Position numbers and translations under genes: made by a program. DNA of 10,492 nt from Coleofasciculus sp. B1-GNL1-01 (GTDB lineage Bacteria; Cyanobacteriota; Cyanobacteriia; Cyanobacteriales; Coleofasciculaceae), in the NCBI GenBank assembly GCA_040220235.1, contig JAVJTO010000033.1; one strand, written 5' to 3'. Under the pieces are notes generated by a model. It saw nothing but the letters and a program-made list of their open reading frames with translations, had not been told where the DNA came from and ran no database searches. Below are positions 7,381 through 10,492 of this stretch, one piece after another (the first letter of the stretch is position 1; each line of letters begins with the position of its first letter).

Positions 7381-7445
7381 TCACGCTATTTGATCGTATG
7401 TACCACGGTATTTGATTGAAGGCGATCGGTCTATCTCCTGATAAA

Positions 7446-7657
7446 GCGATCGCGAAATTATAGCGCTACGCGAAGCGGGAATAGGGAATGGGGAATAGGG
7501 AATGGGAAAATGTAGAGACTTAGCATACTACGTCTCTACGTGATCAAGGGATTGACCTTTCGACTTGACGTTCAATTTCCACGTCGTTATCCTAAATAGT
7601 ACAAAAGTATTATCAACGAGACCACCATGAGTGATTCCGGACAACCTCCACGTCGTC
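7446..7657 (+). repeat. Direct repeat copy 2 (212 bp) with intact promoter/LexA-like box (7565-7612) and ATG 7627
   Basis: Near-identical to 4823-5041. Opens a 27-codon chimeric ORF 7627-7710 (MSDSGQPPRR+QSVSAFKTISALSIFVI). Confidence 0.97.
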
Positions 7658-8249
7658 AGTCGGTATCGGCGTTCAAGACTATATCGGCGTTGAGTATTTT
7701 TGTCATCTGAGTTACACTCAATACCCTACCTCTGCCCATTTGGATGTCCTCAACTGCACCTGGGGGACAGTAAAACCCCGCTTCCTCTAGCGCTTTGACC
7801 AATGGCAAGATCTCAGATCTATTCAGTTCAATGACCAGATCTAGGTCGCGTGTTGTTCTAGGATCACCATAGATACTAGCTGCAACTCCACCTGTGATGT
7901 AGTAAGGAATACTTAGCGTTTCAAAGATCGGGTGTAGTAGTCTAGCGATTTCACTAGGGTCTTGAGTCCACAGAGACGGATCACTGGTAGGGGTTAAAAT
8001 TGGTAACCACTTATCACCTAAAACTGATTGAGCGAACCGCTCTCGAAAAGTTAGCTGTGAAGCCTTCCGCATCCCACGTAACGATACAGCCCTCGACCAT
8101 CGAGTTAATGAAGCACTAGCTTGCCAGCGCTCTCGATTGGTTCGCTGTCGAAGTAAGTAAAAATCAATAGCATCGGATTCGGGGGTTTTGTCTTCCGATT
8201 GAGGGCGGTATCCAGGCTGAAGCGTGAGTTTTGGGATGGCTCGAATCAT
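7656..8249 (-). pseudogene. Nucleotidyltransferase-fold protein (pol-beta superfamily, toxin-antitoxin associated type), probably 3'-truncated
   Basis: YYITGGVAASIYGDPRTTRDLDLVI (GG...DxD motif) and third Asp in NADIV. The stop (7656-7658) straddles the junction with repeat copy 2, and the C-terminal helical part expected in such proteins is missing. Confidence 0.75.
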
Positions 8250-8294
8250 GGCGATTAGTTACGGCAAATATACTTTCTTGGCGGTTGCTATACC

Positions 8295-9350
8295 TCAATT
8301 GAACGAATCGCACCATTCCAGCACTCGATTCCATGCCCACCAGCAGTCCGGATCATGATAGTCACGCTGACAAGCACGAGAACTAATATAACCGACATGA
8401 CCGCCCTGTTTTGTTACCCTTAAGTCAATCGCAGAATTATTCGCACAAATCCCTTGCAAGTCAGGAATAATTGTCGGGTCAAACATCGGATCATCGGCGG
8501 CATAAAAACTCAGCGTCGGTTTGTTTAAATGAGGTAAAATATACAGCGCACTCGTGGCATCATAATACTCGTCCACCGAGGAAAACCCCAATCGCTTAAT
8601 CACTAGCTCATGATCAAATCCCCAAATACTGTTTGCCCGTTCAACCGCTTCTGGATCGATGTCTTGGGGATGAGCCTGATAGAGACGCCATGCAAGTTGT
8701 TTCAAAGTCCGTGCAACCGCTTGTTCTAAATACCGCCCCCACGGATGGTTTAACAGATACGTCAGAGAACGGTGAGAATCCAGATTCGGACAAATAACCG
8801 CACCACCGCCAATCTCTGACTCATTTAATCCTACCGCCTCGGAATAAGCGATCGCCTGGGCTGATTTAATTCCCCAAAGCGCTAATTGTCCGCCCAGTGA
8901 ATAGCCTGTAAACCAAAATGGCGCGGGACATCCCATGGCTTTTGCTTGCGCCGCAATCAGAACAAAATCATCGCCCTCGTACAAACCATCGGAGGTTAAG
9001 GTTGGTGACAACAACGCTGTTTTGCCATGGGCTCGCCAGTCAAATAGCACCACTGCATACCCTTGAGCAAAGGCTTTACGCCCCAATAGTCTCAGATACC
9101 ATTGGTTATCCAAATCCCCAGTAATACCATAAGTTCCCACAATCGTACCCTTAGCCCGTTCGGGAATGGCGACAATCCCAAAAATCGGTACATTGTCAGC
9201 GCCACGAAATACTTTCTCCTGATAGGGAGGTTCTGGAAAAGGAATCATTGCTTCCCAATCACGGGAGGCTCTAAACGCCAGGTGCATGGTCATCGCCAGA
9301 CCATGACTTAACCACCATGGGGAATGAAAGTGTTTTTTGTCATTCGTCAT
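8295..9350 (-). CDS. YheT-like alpha/beta-fold hydrolase
   Basis: FDWRAHG, nucleophile GYSLGG, AADDPMF (Asp), GGHVGY (His), FDHELV...LGFSSVDEYY. Confidence 0.92.
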   Translation of the reverse strand: MTNDKKHFHSPWWLSHGLAMTMHLAFRASRDWEAMIPFPEPPYQEKVFRGADNVPIFGIVAIPERAKGTIVGTYGITGDLDNQWYLRLLGRKAFAQGYAVVLFDWRAHGKTALLSPTLTSDGLYEGDDFVLIAAQAKAMGCPAPFWFTGYSLGGQLALWGIKSAQAIAYSEAVGLNESEIGGGAVICPNLDSHRSLTYLLNHPWGRYLEQAVARTLKQLAWRLYQAHPQDIDPEAVERANSIWGFDHELVIKRLGFSSVDEYYDATSALYILPHLNKPTLSFYAADDPMFDPTIIPDLQGICANNSAIDLRVTKQGGHVGYISSRACQRDYHDPDCWWAWNRVLEWCDSFN

Positions 9351-9418
9351 TTGTTATTCGTCGATTGTTTTTTCATGATTTATGATTAAGATTTATATTT
9401 AAACGATATAGCTAGATT

Positions 9419-10218
9419 ATGAAACGTCGAAATATTTTAAAGTATACAACAATCGGTGCGGCTGGGGCTAGTCTCAACGCCTGCCGTAAAAAAACACCTC
9501 AACCCCCATCAAAACCTGCTCAACCGATCATTAATTGGCGCATGGCAACAAGCTGGGATCGCTATTTTGAAATCCTGTTTGAGGGCGTTGAAACATTATG
9601 TCGCTCGGTTAGCACGATGACGGAGGGGCGGTTTACGATTACCCCTTATCCGGGTGGTGATTTAGCCCCACCTCTGGACGTGTTTGATGCGGTGTCCAAC
9701 GGAACCATTGAATGCTGTCACACGAATACGTTCTACTCCTTCCAGAAAAGCCCCGCCCTCGCCTTTGGCACTACCCTTCCTTTTGGTTTAAATGCTCAAC
9801 AACAAAATGCTTGGCTCTACAAAGGGAAAGGATTAGACACGTTACAAAATATATTTTCTGAGTTTAATCTGATCGGATTTCCGGCTGGCAATTCCGGAAC
9901 ACAAATGGGGGGATGGTTTCGGCGAGAAATTAATACAGTTGCGGATTTAAAGAACCTGAGAATGCGGCTTCCTGGGCTTGGCGGGCAAATTATGAGCCGT
10001 TTGGGTGTCAATGTTATAACGATCGCAGGTCAAGATATCGTACCTGCTTTGTTAGAAGGAAGCATCGATGCAGTGGAATGGATTGGTCCTTATGACGATG
10101 ATACGCTAGGACTACAGAGAGCCGCCCCTTACTACTATTATCCAGGATGGTGGGAACCCGGAACCACGTACATGGCGCTGGTCAATCAGGCAGAGTGAAA
10201 CAAACTCCCCTCCGATTA
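9419..10218 (+). pseudogene. dctP: TRAP transporter solute-binding protein (DctP/TakP-like), Tat lipoprotein; truncated
   Basis: MKRRNILK twin-Arg, LNAC lipobox, WRMATSW, GNSGTQMGGWF, LRMRLPGLGG, EWIGPYDD, YYPGWWEPG. TGA at 10196 replaces the expected Trp (E*NKLPSD), and homology ends at TA 10217-10218. Confidence 0.88.
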
Positions 10219-10492
10219 AGTAGTCGGACAAAAGAAAACGGCACTGTATGAAGTTTTGTAATCCTTGTTGGACATCGGTTGTGGAGAAAGACAATCTGGA
10301 GGAAAGGGGGGTGCGATCGCGTCCAATAAGCGGATGACTCAAACCCCTTAAACCCATTTCTCATAATGGCTTTTCGTGAGTTTACTTATGTGTATAGAGC
10401 CTTGGTCTTGAACGACTACTGTCAATTTTCCGGTTTTTTCCCATCTTTCTTTAGCTTGAGTCGCTTGCCAATCCATTAATTTTATATAACTC
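10219..10492 (-). mobile_element. Degenerate IS630-like element inserted at a TA; continues off the right edge of the window
   Basis: Abrupt loss of dctP homology at TA|AGTAGTCGGACAAAA, plus a transposase fragment at 10348-10492. Confidence 0.65.
10348..10492 (-). pseudogene. IS630-family DDE transposase fragment
   Basis: SYIKLMDWQATQAKERWEKTGKLTVVVQDQGSIHISKLTKSHYEKWV*: second catalytic Asp motif (VVxDNxxxH-like). Stops before the LPxYSPxxNxIE motif. Confidence 0.8.

Larger units (their letters stand above)
1686..10320. repeat. HIP1 octamers GCGATCGC (10 dispersed copies)
   Basis: Starting at 1686, 3121, 4823, 5480, 5762, 6374, 6938, 7446, 8848 and 10313, far above chance expectation; a cyanobacterial signature. 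Confidence 0.92.

Noticed and set aside
4823..7657. CRISPR array or composite transposon/integron cassette
   Set aside because: Only two long copies, no repeat-spacer periodicity, no transposase or integrase, and no terminal inverted repeats or attC structure.
1076..10364. Short alternative ORFs (1076, 3281, 4912, 6436, 6566, 6889, 6923, 8918, 9102, 9817, 10112, 10182)
   Set aside because: They overlap well-supported genes, repeats or IS remnants and show no recognisable motifs; treated as shadow ORFs.
10219..10420. Apparent ~200-bp MITE with inverted ends AGTAGTCG...CGACTACT
   Set aside because: The right arm lies inside the transposase frame (TVVVQD), there is no TA duplication, and dctP does not resume after it; likely coincidental.

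Overview
Filamentous-cyanobacterial-type DNA, with 10 HIP1 GCGATCGC octamers, GGGAAT(A/G) heptamer repeats and GTAG-capped REP-like palindromes. From left to right: (1) a non-autonomous IS607-family element missed by the ORF track (5' part of tnpB, tnpA reduced to a 100-bp internal-deletion remnant, left end with four 10-bp phased repeats) about 100 bp upstream of an intact cydAB operon; (2) two hypothetical genes, one an 8-Cys putative metalloprotein; (3) a 754-aa pentapeptide-repeat/YwqG(DUF1963) fusion gene behind a sigma70-like promoter with a LexA-like box, whose ~215-bp promoter/start module is duplicated 2.6 kb downstream, both copies starting exactly at a HIP1 site; (4) a nucleotidyltransferase gene cut off at the second copy; (5) an intact YheT-like alpha/beta hydrolase; (6) a TRAP solute-binding pseudogene broken by a nonsense codon and an IS630-like insertion. 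The best candidate for a novel system is the putatively SOS-controlled pentapeptide-YwqG module. All family assignments come from motif recognition by eye, not from database searches.
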